Source: Bdellovibrionota bacterium (GTDB taxonomy: Bacteria; Bdellovibrionota_C; UBA2361; OMII01). Taken from it: a stretch of DNA of 63,543 nucleotides. The position numbers and the translations under genes are program-made. The stretch spans positions 1 to 63,543 of the forward strand of contig JBIJBE010000020.1 in assembly GCA_044345405.1 (NCBI GenBank), read 5' to 3'. Below are positions 21,002 to 31,059 of the stretch, piece after piece. The number at the start of each line of letters is the position of its first letter. Position 1 is the first letter of the stretch. The notes under the pieces are model-generated. The model had not been told where the DNA came from, did no database searches, and worked only from the letters and a program-made list of their open reading frames with translations.

Positions 21002-22201
21002 ATGTCCTTAGGCGATCCGAATCCCTCCCCCGAGAGAGACCCTAAACATTCAGGGGCCTCTCCAAAGCGGCCGCAATTCCTGATTAGCGAGCTCAACCCT
21101 ATCGGGGTAGAGATGTACATTGAAAATTTAGATCGCCTTACAGATGTGCTTCACCTCTGCGGACTCACACCAAGCGGCGATGCGATCGAGTACATCTGGA
21201 GATGTCTTCTCAAAAACCAACTAACCACAATCGAGGAGATCCATGAGCGTCAGGGCCCGCTCGGAGTAAGTCTTGAGCTCGATCTTTCATCGAAGCATGA
21301 GCTCGAATGTCGAAGAGATCTTAATCCGGATGAGGGGGGCTATGATGAAAGGGTATTAGTAACCATTTCCACCCGACATCGGGAGGGAAGTGAGCTCGGA
21401 GCGCTCTTAAACTTGAGCGAGGGATGCCCGGGGCTCGACGGCCTCTTTCTTGAACTACAGTCGACACCAATAGGTGAGTCTGCGGCGCTCGCTCGTATCT
21501 ACTGGGATAAACAGGGACTGGCTGAGACCACGGCCGGCGAGCGATGGGATCTCCTACGCGGATTCTATCACCACTTCAAGCACTCCGAGCTTCCCAAAGT
21601 CGTGTCGCTGACCTCTGGTCAACAGGAGACATTCCACTACCTCTCGGTAGATCTCGATCCGATGACCGTTCGAGTTGAGCGACTCCCTCAAAACAGTGAA
21701 CATCCAACGTCATTACATTCGTCGTCTGATCTTCACGACTCTCCCCCAAACACAGTCGAACTCAGGATGGAAAAGGTTCCACTCCCCCTGCTCGAAAAGA
21801 TCCTCTCGATGACGGGAGCTCTTCAACTTGAGGGACCATGGGTAACAGAAACCTCACGACGTGAGATCCTCAATCATCTCCTCGACCGCTTACGATCGCT
21901 CGCCAAGTTCGACATCGATACCTTGAAGATGTGCGCCGCCGCCCGTCCGTGTATCATCTTTTCACGCGAGGACACGTGCGATGGAGAAATTTTCCCCCCT
22001 CAGATCTCCTCTCGAGTCACCATGACGGACTACACGTGCGCCGCGGGAGAGTTCCGACTCGAATTTCTCGCGCGACCAGGCGGTAACGGCCTTGAGGTGC
22101 TCTGTCGTTGGGACAAAGGGCACAGCAAGCTCAACTCCTTTCCGTGGGACACCATAGAACGCCTCGCGCGGCCGTATGTGATTGATTCACCCGAAGAGTA
22201 A
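21002..22201 (+). CDS. hypothetical protein
   Basis: 399-aa ORF filling the gap between genes; no recognisable motif; disordered N-terminus (MSLGDPNPSP). Confidence 0.7.
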   Translation: MSLGDPNPSPERDPKHSGASPKRPQFLISELNPIGVEMYIENLDRLTDVLHLCGLTPSGDAIEYIWRCLLKNQLTTIEEIHERQGPLGVSLELDLSSKHELECRRDLNPDEGGYDERVLVTISTRHREGSELGALLNLSEGCPGLDGLFLELQSTPIGESAALARIYWDKQGLAETTAGERWDLLRGFYHHFKHSELPKVVSLTSGQQETFHYLSVDLDPMTVRVERLPQNSEHPTSLHSSSDLHDSPPNTVELRMEKVPLPLLEKILSMTGALQLEGPWVTETSRREILNHLLDRLRSLAKFDIDTLKMCAAARPCIIFSREDTCDGEIFPPQISSRVTMTDYTCAAGEFRLEFLARPGGNGLEVLCRWDKGHSKLNSFPWDTIERLARPYVIDSPEE

Positions 22202-22897
22202 AGAACCGAGCTCGGAGAACGAAGTGATACTGTGAGGGACGCCCCCTTCTCGCGGCGCATACAGCACGGCGGCACATCCGCACCGCTGGGCTGCCTCGAC
22301 ATCGAGCTCTCTATCGTTTCCAACATGGAGGATATCTGATGGGTTCACGCCGACTCGATTCGCGAGAGAGATGTAAAAGCTCGGGGATGGCTTCTTCCAT
22401 CCCAGATCCCCAGCCACAAAAACGTGGGCGAAGAGCCGATCGAGTTCAAGTTCGCGGAGTGTAACCTTACTTCGAACGTCGTTGTTGGACGCCGCGACAA
22501 GGAGTATCCCTCTCTCGTGAGCTTTGCGCAGAAACTGCGTCGCGCCATCCTCAATCCGACGATACGCCCTCGAAGCGAAGGCGTTGTAGATCGATTCAAC
22601 CACCGATGGGTTCGACCCGTAGGGAAGATTCGCCGCGGCACACACACGACGCACAAACTCCAGCCATACCTCCCGTTCCCGGTTATGGGTTGTTCGATAT
22701 CCCTCCCCAGCGTTGAGGTAGGTATCACGATAGGCGCCCCACACACTCCTAACGGCTGCCTCCAGCGCTGCTTGATCGCTCGGAAGTCCCTGAGCGAGCA
22801 GAAGCTCATGGTATATTGTCCCTACCCCTTTCGTTAGCGAGCACAGCGTGCCGTCGATATCGAGTACAACCGCTCTCTTATCTGAATATTCGGCCAT
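22187..22897 (-). CDS. HAD-superfamily hydrolase (REG-2-like, subfamily IA)
   Basis: VLDIDGTL, ASNND, KKP and HVGND...DV motifs. Confidence 0.9.
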   Translation of the reverse strand: MAEYSDKRAVVLDIDGTLCSLTKGVGTIYHELLLAQGLPSDQAALEAAVRSVWGAYRDTYLNAGEGYRTTHNREREVWLEFVRRVCAAANLPYGSNPSVVESIYNAFASRAYRRIEDGATQFLRKAHERGILLVAASNNDVRSKVTLRELELDRLFAHVFVAGDLGWKKPSPSFYISLANRVGVNPSDILHVGNDRELDVEAAQRCGCAAVLYAPREGGVPHSITSFSELGSLLFG

Positions 22898-23096
22898 AGA
22901 AAGCCTCTTCCAATACCGACAGGTTCAATCCCATACACATTACCTTAACCGTATACATACGCCACGAAAGGGCATACCTGCTACTCATTACAGCTTTCCT
23001 TCGTTTGAATAAAACCGAGGGAACATTTACCATGTCAGACACGTGCACGACTGACGTGAGGTCCATCCAGCCCCAGGGCGGGACATACCTCCCGCC

Positions 23097-24239
23097 GTGA
23101 TCGATAGAGTAAAAACACGAGAGCTGAATCCGATGCTCTTACAGAACATCATGACCAGGCTGACACCACACACATGCCTCTTGCCTCGATTGAACGCTCA
23201 GTCGCGGCGTACCTACGCGTTAAGCGTCCTTCTCGTCCTCGGCCTTGCCACACCAATGCTCACGGTATGGGCGGAACCAGAGCTCTCCTCGAACGAATCC
23301 GCGTTAGTTACCGAGACAACCATCACGGAGATCACCACAACCGAGGTGAGCGATCGTGAATCTCGATTACGGAACATGGAAGATGAATTGCTCAAGCAAT
23401 TGAGCGTCGGCAATCAGCCGTCCGCGAGAGAAGGTACGAATCCATCGCTCGCTGACATTAAGCAGGTGTCTGATGAGGTTGCGGCTCCGAAGTCCTCACC
23501 ATCAAAGCCCGCGATCACCAAACAGCTTGAGTCACCGCCAACGAACTCAAAGCCTTCCGTAAAAGTTCAGAACACAGCTGACATCGAGGCGAAAGTCCCC
23601 GTTGTGGATTACGAGTCGATACCAAACTCTCCCCCTCGCGCGCCACAAGCGGCGTCCGTTGTTCCAGTGTCAGCGAAGTCCGCTCCGCAACGAAAATTCT
23701 CAGCTAAGAGACACACAACAACCGAAACTCTTTCCGCGAAGGATCTCGAGCACAGACTCGCCATCACCGAGACTCAACTCAACCTTGTGACCCAAGAGCT
23801 CGAAAGCACGAAGAGCAAACTCGCAACCGCTGAGTCCCGTGTCAGAGAGCTTACCTATCAGCTCGGAGACGGTTCCCGAGCTTCCACCTCCGGCTCAGAC
23901 GCTACTTCGAACGTAGAGGCCCGTGCCGTCGCGGTAAAGGTCGTCGAGCCAGATACCCGCCCAAGCGTCGACACAGAGGTCGCTCGCGTTACTAAGAACA
24001 AGACCCCTCTCCGTATCGGTCCAGGGCCACGCGAATCGATCATCACCCATCTCGCCCGAGACAACGTTGTAAGTATCGAGCACCGCACGAGTGGTTGGTA
24101 TCGAGTCATCACCAGCGATGGCGCTCGGGGGTGGATAGCCGGAACCTACCTGGTCTTCGACACCGATATGTACTCCGATTCAACGGTTCATGTGGGAGCC
24201 TTCGAACCACGTCTTGAACCAACAAGCGGTCGCTACTAA
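23097..24239 (+). CDS. exported protein with coiled coil and C-terminal bacterial SH3 domain
   Basis: Signal/TM segment, low-complexity linker, coiled coil, then LRIGPG....I..L...GWYRV....GARGWI (SH3_3-like). Start position uncertain. Confidence 0.8.
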   Translation: MIDRVKTRELNPMLLQNIMTRLTPHTCLLPRLNAQSRRTYALSVLLVLGLATPMLTVWAEPELSSNESALVTETTITEITTTEVSDRESRLRNMEDELLKQLSVGNQPSAREGTNPSLADIKQVSDEVAAPKSSPSKPAITKQLESPPTNSKPSVKVQNTADIEAKVPVVDYESIPNSPPRAPQAASVVPVSAKSAPQRKFSAKRHTTTETLSAKDLEHRLAITETQLNLVTQELESTKSKLATAESRVRELTYQLGDGSRASTSGSDATSNVEARAVAVKVVEPDTRPSVDTEVARVTKNKTPLRIGPGPRESIITHLARDNVVSIEHRTSGWYRVITSDGARGWIAGTYLVFDTDMYSDSTVHVGAFEPRLEPTSGRY

Positions 24240-24326
24240 GTCCTCAGCCGCGGTGCCTCACCTTCCATCGCGCGACCCCTCGAAGGATAACTTTACCCCT
24301 CAAAAAAGGTGTGGCAGAGTCGTCTC

Positions 24327-24758
24327 ATGAGCACTGATTCTGTTCGAACCAACATCCTCTCCCGTTCACCGTTCGAGCCCCTGCGCGGCTACTCACGAGC
24401 TGTTCAGGTCGGAGACCACCTCTTTGTATCCGGTACCACCGCGATGAATTACAAAGGCGAGGTAACCGCCCCCGGAGACGCGTACGAGCAAACCAAGACC
24501 GTGCTCTCATCCATTAAAACGATCCTTACCAGCCGCGGCTTTTCGATGCAGGACGTCGTCCGCACCCGCCTCTTCGTAACGAACATGAGCAAGTGGGAGG
24601 ACTACGCCCGTGCTCACCGAGAGGTCTTTGAAACCGTACGCCCAGCGAGCAGCATGGTGCAGGTCGTAAAGCTTGTAGATCCCCGCCTCGTTGTTGAGCT
24701 TGAGGTTGACGCCATTCGTGGCGCGACGATGCAGGACGTAGCGACGATCGAGTACTAA
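24327..24758 (+). CDS. RidA/YjgF/UK114 family protein
   Basis: GYSRAVQVG..LFVSGT, DVVRTRLFV, RPASSMV and VELEVDA motifs. Confidence 0.92.
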   Translation: MSTDSVRTNILSRSPFEPLRGYSRAVQVGDHLFVSGTTAMNYKGEVTAPGDAYEQTKTVLSSIKTILTSRGFSMQDVVRTRLFVTNMSKWEDYARAHREVFETVRPASSMVQVVKLVDPRLVVELEVDAIRGATMQDVATIEY

Positions 24759-24854
24759 GAGCGTAACGTCTTTACTTCTAGCGGCATCCGCGCGGTAGAA
24801 GATCCCCCACCGTAGAGACTACGGCCATGAGATTAAGGGCAAAGGTTCGCAACT

Positions 24855-25021
24855 CTTTGTGTCCTTCGCGTCCTTTGTGGTCAAAATCATTCGTTTCATC
24901 CTGGTTAAGGGGTCTTATTGATTCAGCTAACGAGGCAACGGATCGGTAGTGATTTTTAACGTATGAGCCGTGAAGGTGTGAGATAGTTTTTTTGACCACA
25001 AAGGACGCAAAGGACACAGAG
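24855..25021. repeat. 32-nt inverted repeat pair (ACCACAAAGGAC-type, second repeat family)
   Basis: CTTTGTGTCCTTCGCGTCCTTTGTGGTCAAAA (24855-24886) against TTTTGACCACAAAGGACGCAAAGGACACAGAG (24990-25021): 30 of 32 positions complementary. Confidence 0.85.
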
Positions 25022-25086
25022 GAATAGGGCTAGGGCGGCTCCAGTCCCTTGACGCCCAGGAACCTCTTCGATATCCTCCCCCCCGA

Positions 25087-25213
25087 CTCTTATCCAGAGA
25101 GGCAGAGGGACCGGCCCGATGAAGCCTCGGCAGCCTGAGATTATCTCAAGGTGCCAATTCCGGCAGACGCGTTCGCTTAGTAATAGGCGGAAGAGCATTC
25201 TGGAAGATGAGAG
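25087..25213 (+). promoter_or_regulatory. SAM-I (S-box) riboswitch
   Basis: CTCTTATCCAGAG-AGGCAGAGGGACCGGCCCGATGAAGCCTCGGCAGCC...GGTGCCAATTCCGGCAG...CTGGAAGATGAGAG matches the SAM-I consensus with a P1 stem. It lies upstream of a Met/Cys trans-sulfuration gene. Confidence 0.95.
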
Positions 25214-25220
25214 AAGCTTT

Positions 25221-25250
25221 ACGCTGTTGCCAGCGTTTTCCTTCTTTTTT
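25221..25250 (+). terminator. riboswitch-associated intrinsic terminator
   Basis: ACGCTG-TTGC-CAGCGT hairpin followed by a T-rich tract directly after the aptamer. Confidence 0.7.
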
Positions 25251-25321
25251 CTTCCCAGTTACAGCCAACAAACGCGTCACAGATAACGGTGGATAGCGAG
25301 TCACTTTACCAAAGGTGATTC

Positions 25322-26692
25322 ATGCTTCGAGAAAATCCTGAATGCGACGTAACCGGCCGAACTCCCCTCGCGTCACACGAGCGTACTGACCTCGGCTCAG
25401 GCCGACTCCCCTCCCGTCCCTTCGTTGGGCCAGAGCAGCAGGTTGATCCTTTAAAGGCATATCTCCGTGAGATCCGCCCCGAGACTCGCCCTCTTGGGGA
25501 ACGAGTTTCTCAACCAATAGCCGAGCGCACAGCCACTACGCATGGCTCAAAGAACCTTCGAGACTTCGCGACCCTCAAACATCGAGAGAAGGAGGGCTTA
25601 CTCCGTCAGGATGAGGCAGAGTACGCTCGATACGGAACTCCTATTCTGCGACGGGTCGAAGACGCGCTCGCGAAGCTAGATGGCGGCGAACAAGCGCTCA
25701 TCTTCAGAAGCGGCATGGCCGCTATCGAAACGCTCATCCACTCCATACTTCCAACCAAAGGCGCGGAGCGTGGGCACATCATCGCCGCTCGACAAGGCTA
25801 TAGACAGACAAACGCTATCCTTGAGGAGCTCAACGCTCGCGGATGGGCCGAAGTTGATTTGATTGACGCCGATGATTTCAACCAACTCGCGCGATTCATC
25901 AAGCCCAATACGGTAGGAATCATCTTCGAAACACCCTCGAATCCTTTCCTTCGGGTTATTGATGTCGCCGCGGTGAAGAAGCAGGTGGTTGAAGTGGGCT
26001 CGAACGCTCTTGTTATCGCCGATCACACCTTCGCGGGCCCGACCAATCAACGTCCGCTTGAGCAAGGCGCCGATCTGGTTATTCCATCTCTCACAAAATA
26101 TATCAGCGGAAGCAACCAAGCTCTCGCGGGAGCGGTCATCGGAAGCAAAGAGCGCCTTCTCCCCATCTATCAACGACGAAGCCGTAGCGGAAACATCGGT
26201 CACGATATCGATTGTCTCGAGGTCGAAAACGGTATCGCGACCCTTGAGGAGCGAACCGCTCAAGCTAACGAGAACGGACTCCACGTCGCGAACATCCTGG
26301 ATCGACACCCCCTCGTTAAGCAGCTCTGGTACCCAGGGCATCCTTCGCACCCGGACTACGAGGTCGCCACGAAGCAGATGACCGGCTTCGGAGGCGTCGT
26401 TTCGTTCACGATCGACGCGCGAGACATGCGGGATGTTGAGGCGTTCGTCGACGCCTTTATCGCGGCATCTCCGGAGGGGACATTCCTCGCGCCATCGTTC
26501 GGCGGAGACAAACCACTTATCTCCGCGGTAACTGTTGTGTCGCACTTCCAGCAGTCGGCGCAGGAGCGTGCTGCTCGCGGCATCCCGTTCGAGCTTATTC
26601 GGCTCTCAACGGGAACGATTCCGCCGCAACAACTCACCGACGCGCTTGAAGCGGCGTTTACCGCGCTTGAGAAACGACAGCACGAAAACTAA
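25322..26692 (+). CDS. PLP-dependent Cys/Met metabolism enzyme, cystathionine gamma-synthase-like
   Basis: YARYGTP, SGMAAI, FETPSNP, DHTFA, SLTKY (PLP lysine), YPG and APSFGG motifs; downstream of a SAM-I riboswitch. Confidence 0.88.
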   Translation: MLRENPECDVTGRTPLASHERTDLGSGRLPSRPFVGPEQQVDPLKAYLREIRPETRPLGERVSQPIAERTATTHGSKNLRDFATLKHREKEGLLRQDEAEYARYGTPILRRVEDALAKLDGGEQALIFRSGMAAIETLIHSILPTKGAERGHIIAARQGYRQTNAILEELNARGWAEVDLIDADDFNQLARFIKPNTVGIIFETPSNPFLRVIDVAAVKKQVVEVGSNALVIADHTFAGPTNQRPLEQGADLVIPSLTKYISGSNQALAGAVIGSKERLLPIYQRRSRSGNIGHDIDCLEVENGIATLEERTAQANENGLHVANILDRHPLVKQLWYPGHPSHPDYEVATKQMTGFGGVVSFTIDARDMRDVEAFVDAFIAASPEGTFLAPSFGGDKPLISAVTVVSHFQQSAQERAARGIPFELIRLSTGTIPPQQLTDALEAAFTALEKRQHEN

Positions 26693-28230
26693 GATTGGTC
26701 TCCCTTGCGAATCGCGATGATCAACGCGTCCGCGCCAAAAACCTTGGCGGTGCCGAGCCGCGCGCGGTCCTCCTCTAGGACCGGAGAAACCTTCCTAATC
26801 TCATAGCGACTCGCCACTGGTGAGTTACTAAAATCGGTCATCAGAACATCCAGCCCGATAACGATGTCCGGACGCCTCTCTTCGATGAAGGCGGCCGGAA
26901 CGCCTCCGTGATACCCGGTCGGACGTTGCGAGGGCACCTTAAGGGGATGAAAGCGCAACACTCCGGGAGACGCCAAACCTACGGTGTCCTCAACAGGCCC
27001 GGGAAATGAGAATCCAAGAGCTCCGATCTCGGGCGCGGCGACCTTCGCGTTCGCATGCTCGAGAGCCAACCATTCACCGAGGTGCCTCAATTTTCGGGCC
27101 CGCGCACCCGATTCAAAGAAGGGCATATACGCGAAGTTCCGAGACCCAAGCACGACACACAGCGCCGTGGCAAAGCACGGAATAAGAAGGGTAATCGCCA
27201 GCAATCGTATACGCCCAGTCGCTCGGAACGAGTCTCGCACGAGCGCGAGGTGGAGCGGCACAAGATAAAGCGGCGCGTACCACGGGAAGATGAGGACCCG
27301 CTTCATACCGTAGACCGCCAGTATCACAACAGCGGGCAAAAGGATCACGAGAAACGGAGAGGAGCGAGCCTCTCGAACCAGTGTCTCGAATGAAACCCTC
27401 TTTTGGCGGAGGGTGAGAACAACAGCCATGACTACGGCTCCGAGGATCACAGGTGGCACGACAATCTTGGCTACCCAACCCCCATAACTTCCGATAAAGA
27501 GCAGGCGAACGAACTCGGATCCCGTGAGGCTGTACACGATCTCCTTAGCCCGAGCGGTATGTGGATAGAGCTCGCCGAAGAAATGAAACTGAAACCAAGA
27601 AAGTGAGGCGAGCACCGCTCCGCTTACCACTATCTCGCGCGCGCTCCACGGTTGCTTACGCGCTATCTTCCAGACAACTCCGCACACCGCGAATACAGCG
27701 CACTCAGGTCGCGCGAACATCGAAGCGCACAGGAAGGGAACTCCCATGACCGAACCACGCGCGATGCCGAGCAATCCCCACCCCACAAGTAAAAGCGCCA
27801 CCGGGGTCTCCATCAAACCGATACTGGAGGGAGCGAGGGTAAAGAAGACCACGATAGCGGCGACAGAGATCTCACGGGTATGGCGAGGGTGCGCCGTCTG
27901 GAGGTAGAAGAGAGCCCAGACAAGAGTCGCTCCCACGAGAATGAACGCGTTGAGAAGCGCCACAACCAACGGTTGCGATTCTAAAAGCGTGGCGAACGGA
28001 GCGATGAGAATCACCCATAACGGCGAGGTGGAGGCCATCACTACCTCACCTTTGTTGAAGTACGGAAGCCCCACTTCCCACAGATTCTGCGCTATTCGCA
28101 TGTGAATATACGCGTCATCATCGGCGTATGGCACCATCACGTAGTGAAGATAGAGCGCAAACGCCAACAACCCAACAAGGGTACGCGATAAGGCGGCACT
28201 ATGGTGAGAAGATGAACGGCGCGAGGTCAC
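26689..28230 (-). CDS. multi-TM GT-C-like glycosyltransferase (DDAYI type)
   Basis: DDDAYIHMRIAQNL...G..YFN.GE....STSPLW, GLMETP, RPE, and C-terminal EIGALGF...D.VGL motifs; many TM helices. Confidence 0.75.
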   Translation of the reverse strand: MTSRRSSSHHSAALSRTLVGLLAFALYLHYVMVPYADDDAYIHMRIAQNLWEVGLPYFNKGEVVMASTSPLWVILIAPFATLLESQPLVVALLNAFILVGATLVWALFYLQTAHPRHTREISVAAIVVFFTLAPSSIGLMETPVALLLVGWGLLGIARGSVMGVPFLCASMFARPECAVFAVCGVVWKIARKQPWSAREIVVSGAVLASLSWFQFHFFGELYPHTARAKEIVYSLTGSEFVRLLFIGSYGGWVAKIVVPPVILGAVVMAVVLTLRQKRVSFETLVREARSSPFLVILLPAVVILAVYGMKRVLIFPWYAPLYLVPLHLALVRDSFRATGRIRLLAITLLIPCFATALCVVLGSRNFAYMPFFESGARARKLRHLGEWLALEHANAKVAAPEIGALGFSFPGPVEDTVGLASPGVLRFHPLKVPSQRPTGYHGGVPAAFIEERRPDIVIGLDVLMTDFSNSPVASRYEIRKVSPVLEEDRARLGTAKVFGADALIIAIRKGDQS

Positions 28231-28318
28231 GGTCGAAATGTACCTGCGGAGAGATGTGGGGGGCTATAGGGTATTTCGAGAGGTGAGGTAACCGACACAC
28301 ATGCGCCCCACGCAACGC

Positions 28319-28487
28319 GGCGACCGGGGACCCCACTTCGCTTGTGTTACGAGGGACAAGCTGACCGCCCTCCAAGGTACAGGCTCGCACAACGGGAGGG
28401 CGATCATTCCTGGTGGACGAACCGTTTCATGTCGGCAACGGATTCGGTTCAGAGTTCAAATGCGGCGACCGGGGACGGTCGCCCTCC
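28319..28487. repeat. cluster of three REP palindromes (one with loop insertion)
   Basis: Copies at 28319-28373 (expanded loop), 28395- (degenerate) and 28464-28487. Confidence 0.8.
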
Positions 28488-28512
28488 CGTGGTGCCGGTC
28501 CGGTAATCCTAC

Positions 28513-28926
28513 CTACTTCACATCATAAACATAGGTAATCTCCGCCTTCACATCCGGATGCAAAGATTTGTGAACCGGACAGGCGAGACCAGCGCGCTCA
28601 AGTTTACTCCGTTCCTGCTCGGAGAGATGTTCGGGAAGATGCACCTCAAGGGGGATGTGTCCGATACGACGGGGTTCGGCTTGCATATGCTTCTCAACCC
28701 GCATGTGCATACCGTCGACACTCACTCCGGAACGCTCGGCGACGATCGCGATCGTTGTCAACACGCACGAGCCATACGCGGCGGCGACAAGGTCTGTGGG
28801 AGAGAAGCTCTTCCCCTCGCCTCCGTTATCCTTTGGAGCCTCGGTTATCAGGACCTCGCCCGATGGTCCATGAACAAGTTCAACTTTCTTGGCGCCGAGA
28901 TACTTTCCGGTAACTTCAACTGACAT
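28513..28926 (-). CDS. OsmC family protein
   Basis: GGEGKSFSPTDLVAAAYGSC...CPVHKSL. Confidence 0.92.
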   Translation of the reverse strand: MSVEVTGKYLGAKKVELVHGPSGEVLITEAPKDNGGEGKSFSPTDLVAAAYGSCVLTTIAIVAERSGVSVDGMHMRVEKHMQAEPRRIGHIPLEVHLPEHLSEQERSKLERAGLACPVHKSLHPDVKAEITYVYDVK

Positions 28927-28935
28927 ACGGTCGAC

Positions 28936-29733
28936 CTAATCACTCCATCCGTTAGCCTCAAGACCCTTAAAGGTGCCTTGTGGAAGTGGGGGCTGCTCGA
29001 ACTGATCATCCTCGTCATCATCCTTACCGTCCGTCAACATACCGTGACGGTACTGGTAGTAGGCGCCTTGAACCGAGAGGTAGTAATCCACCGAGCTCTC
29101 CTTCGCCGTTTCAATCGCCTGAAGAAGGCCGGCGCGAGTCTGCACCGTACGAATACTCAGCGCGCCCATCGCGATCGCGAGCTTGGTACCATCGTCGAGC
29201 GATGAGTACGCGACCCATCCGATCGGATTGATAAATCCATCCACGATCTCACCGATTCCATCGCGGACGTTCATCGGACCGAAGAGAGGAACCACAAGAT
29301 ACGGTCCAGCTGGGACGCCGTGATACGCCAACGCGATACCGAAATCCTCATCGTGGAATGGATAACCCCATTCAGTGGCGAAATCCATAAATCCGAGCAC
29401 GCCGACCGTGGTGTTAATGAAGAACCGCGCGGTGTGGTCCCAGGCCTGGGTGAATTTGCCCTGAATAATATCGCTCACCAAAAAGTTAGGATACTCAAGG
29501 TTCGAGAAGAAATTCCCCACACCGACATACACCGGCTCAGGCGCGTTCTCTTTGTAGAAACGAGCAACCGGCTCAAGAAGATGGACATCAAGGAAGTCAT
29601 TGAACTCGAAGACTCCGCGGTTCATCGGTTCCCACGGATCGTACGGCTCCTCCGGCGCGGCTACGGCTTTGGTCACTCCAAGCGGCATCTGCAACATCGC
29701 CACACTAAGAAGGGAGAGGATAGTTTTTTTCAT
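28936..29733 (-). CDS. mlaA: MlaA/VacJ family outer-membrane lipid asymmetry protein
   Basis: DPWEPMNR, NFFSNL, RFFINTTVG..G..D, EDFG and GPYLVVPLFGP..VRD motifs; ATG at 29733. Confidence 0.9.
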   Translation of the reverse strand: MKKTILSLLSVAMLQMPLGVTKAVAAPEEPYDPWEPMNRGVFEFNDFLDVHLLEPVARFYKENAPEPVYVGVGNFFSNLEYPNFLVSDIIQGKFTQAWDHTARFFINTTVGVLGFMDFATEWGYPFHDEDFGIALAYHGVPAGPYLVVPLFGPMNVRDGIGEIVDGFINPIGWVAYSSLDDGTKLAIAMGALSIRTVQTRAGLLQAIETAKESSVDYYLSVQGAYYQYRHGMLTDGKDDDEDDQFEQPPLPQGTFKGLEANGWSD

Positions 29734-29749
29734 TCGAAAAAGCTCCGCG

Positions 29750-30967
29750 CTATCGGCTACGCGCACGCTGGATGTAGGCAGTAAGCCCCTCAGCGAGAAC
29801 CCGTATCGCCTCTCGAGTATCCGACTCCTTGAGGACGAACGCAATTCTTATCGTACTTTGACCCGCTTCCCGGTGCATGTAAAAACCAGCCGCGGGAGCC
29901 ACAAACGTTGTCGCTCCCTCATGGGAAAAGTCAGTCAGCATAAATTGAGCAAAGTCCTCGGCATCGTCGACCGGTAGCTTGGCGAGCAGATAAAACCCAC
30001 CCTCCGGGGCATGCGCCACGACGCCAGGGATCTTCGACAGGGCGTCAACAGCGGCATCTCGACGGGAGAGGTACTCGGTGTGCGCGTTCGCGACATAATC
30101 AGAGGACACAGCTCGAATCATATGAGCGGCGGCATACTGCTCAATGGTCGGCGCGGCGAGTCGCGCTTGCGCGATATGGAAAGCCGCCTTACGCAGCTCC
30201 TCATTCCAGGTGACCATACACCCAATGCGAGCTCCGCAGAGGCTAAATCGTTTGGAGAGGCTATCAATCACTATGACACGGGGATCGCGACCCGCGAGTT
30301 CGAGGATGCATCGAGGGAGTCGTCCGTCGTACACAAACTCCCGATAGGTCTCGTCGACGATCAGATAGAGGTCCTTCTCTCGGCACACCTCAAGCAACAT
30401 GCGGAGCTCCTGATCGGTGGCGACCGTCCCGGTAGGATTGTTGGGATTACAGAGAAGGATCGCTCTCGTGTATGGTGAGATGAACCGCTCAATCTCAGAC
30501 CGGGTTGGGATCGGGAACTTCTCCTCAAGTGAGCATGGAAGTGGCACGAGTCGCACTCCCGATATCGCCGAGAACCCGATGTAATTGGCGTACGTAGGAT
30601 CGAAGATCAGAATCTCATCTCCCGGATCGCAACACACCATAAAGGTGAAGATAAGCGCCTCGCTCGCGCCCATCGTGATTAACATCTGCTGTTCACCGAC
30701 CCCGATCTTGTACTGCGTGTTGAGAGACTCACTCCACGCGTCGATGAGCGCCTTGTTTCCTTGCGAGGTCTCATACGCCACAACCTGCTCGGTATACCGC
30801 GAGATTCCGTCGAGAAATTCGTCGGGAGAGTGAAGGTCAGGCTGTCCGATGTTCAGACGATATACCTTTGTTCCACGGTCCTCGGCCTGCTGCGCAAGTC
30901 CGGCCAGACGTCGAATAGGTGAAGCCGGGGTTTTTTGAGCGCGGTGCGAGAGCGGCGGAAGAGACAT
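29750..30967 (-). CDS. class I PLP-dependent aminotransferase (aspartate aminotransferase-like)
   Basis: LNIGQPD, CNPNNPTG, DETYREF and SLSKRFSLCGARIG motifs. Confidence 0.93.
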   Translation of the reverse strand: MSLPPLSHRAQKTPASPIRRLAGLAQQAEDRGTKVYRLNIGQPDLHSPDEFLDGISRYTEQVVAYETSQGNKALIDAWSESLNTQYKIGVGEQQMLITMGASEALIFTFMVCCDPGDEILIFDPTYANYIGFSAISGVRLVPLPCSLEEKFPIPTRSEIERFISPYTRAILLCNPNNPTGTVATDQELRMLLEVCREKDLYLIVDETYREFVYDGRLPRCILELAGRDPRVIVIDSLSKRFSLCGARIGCMVTWNEELRKAAFHIAQARLAAPTIEQYAAAHMIRAVSSDYVANAHTEYLSRRDAAVDALSKIPGVVAHAPEGGFYLLAKLPVDDAEDFAQFMLTDFSHEGATTFVAPAAGFYMHREAGQSTIRIAFVLKESDTREAIRVLAEGLTAYIQRARSR

Positions 30968-31059
30968 ACAAAGACGCGAAATATCCTAGACAAACTATCG
31001 CTCTACCATATTTCACCCTACTTCAGTTGAAAACCCTCACAAAGAGGGATTCACCGGCG

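Noticed and set aside
25445-25474. DPLKAYLREI resembling sigma-70 region 1.2 in the CGS N-terminal extension
   Set aside because: Only about 10 residues match and no other sigma regions follow; probably coincidence.
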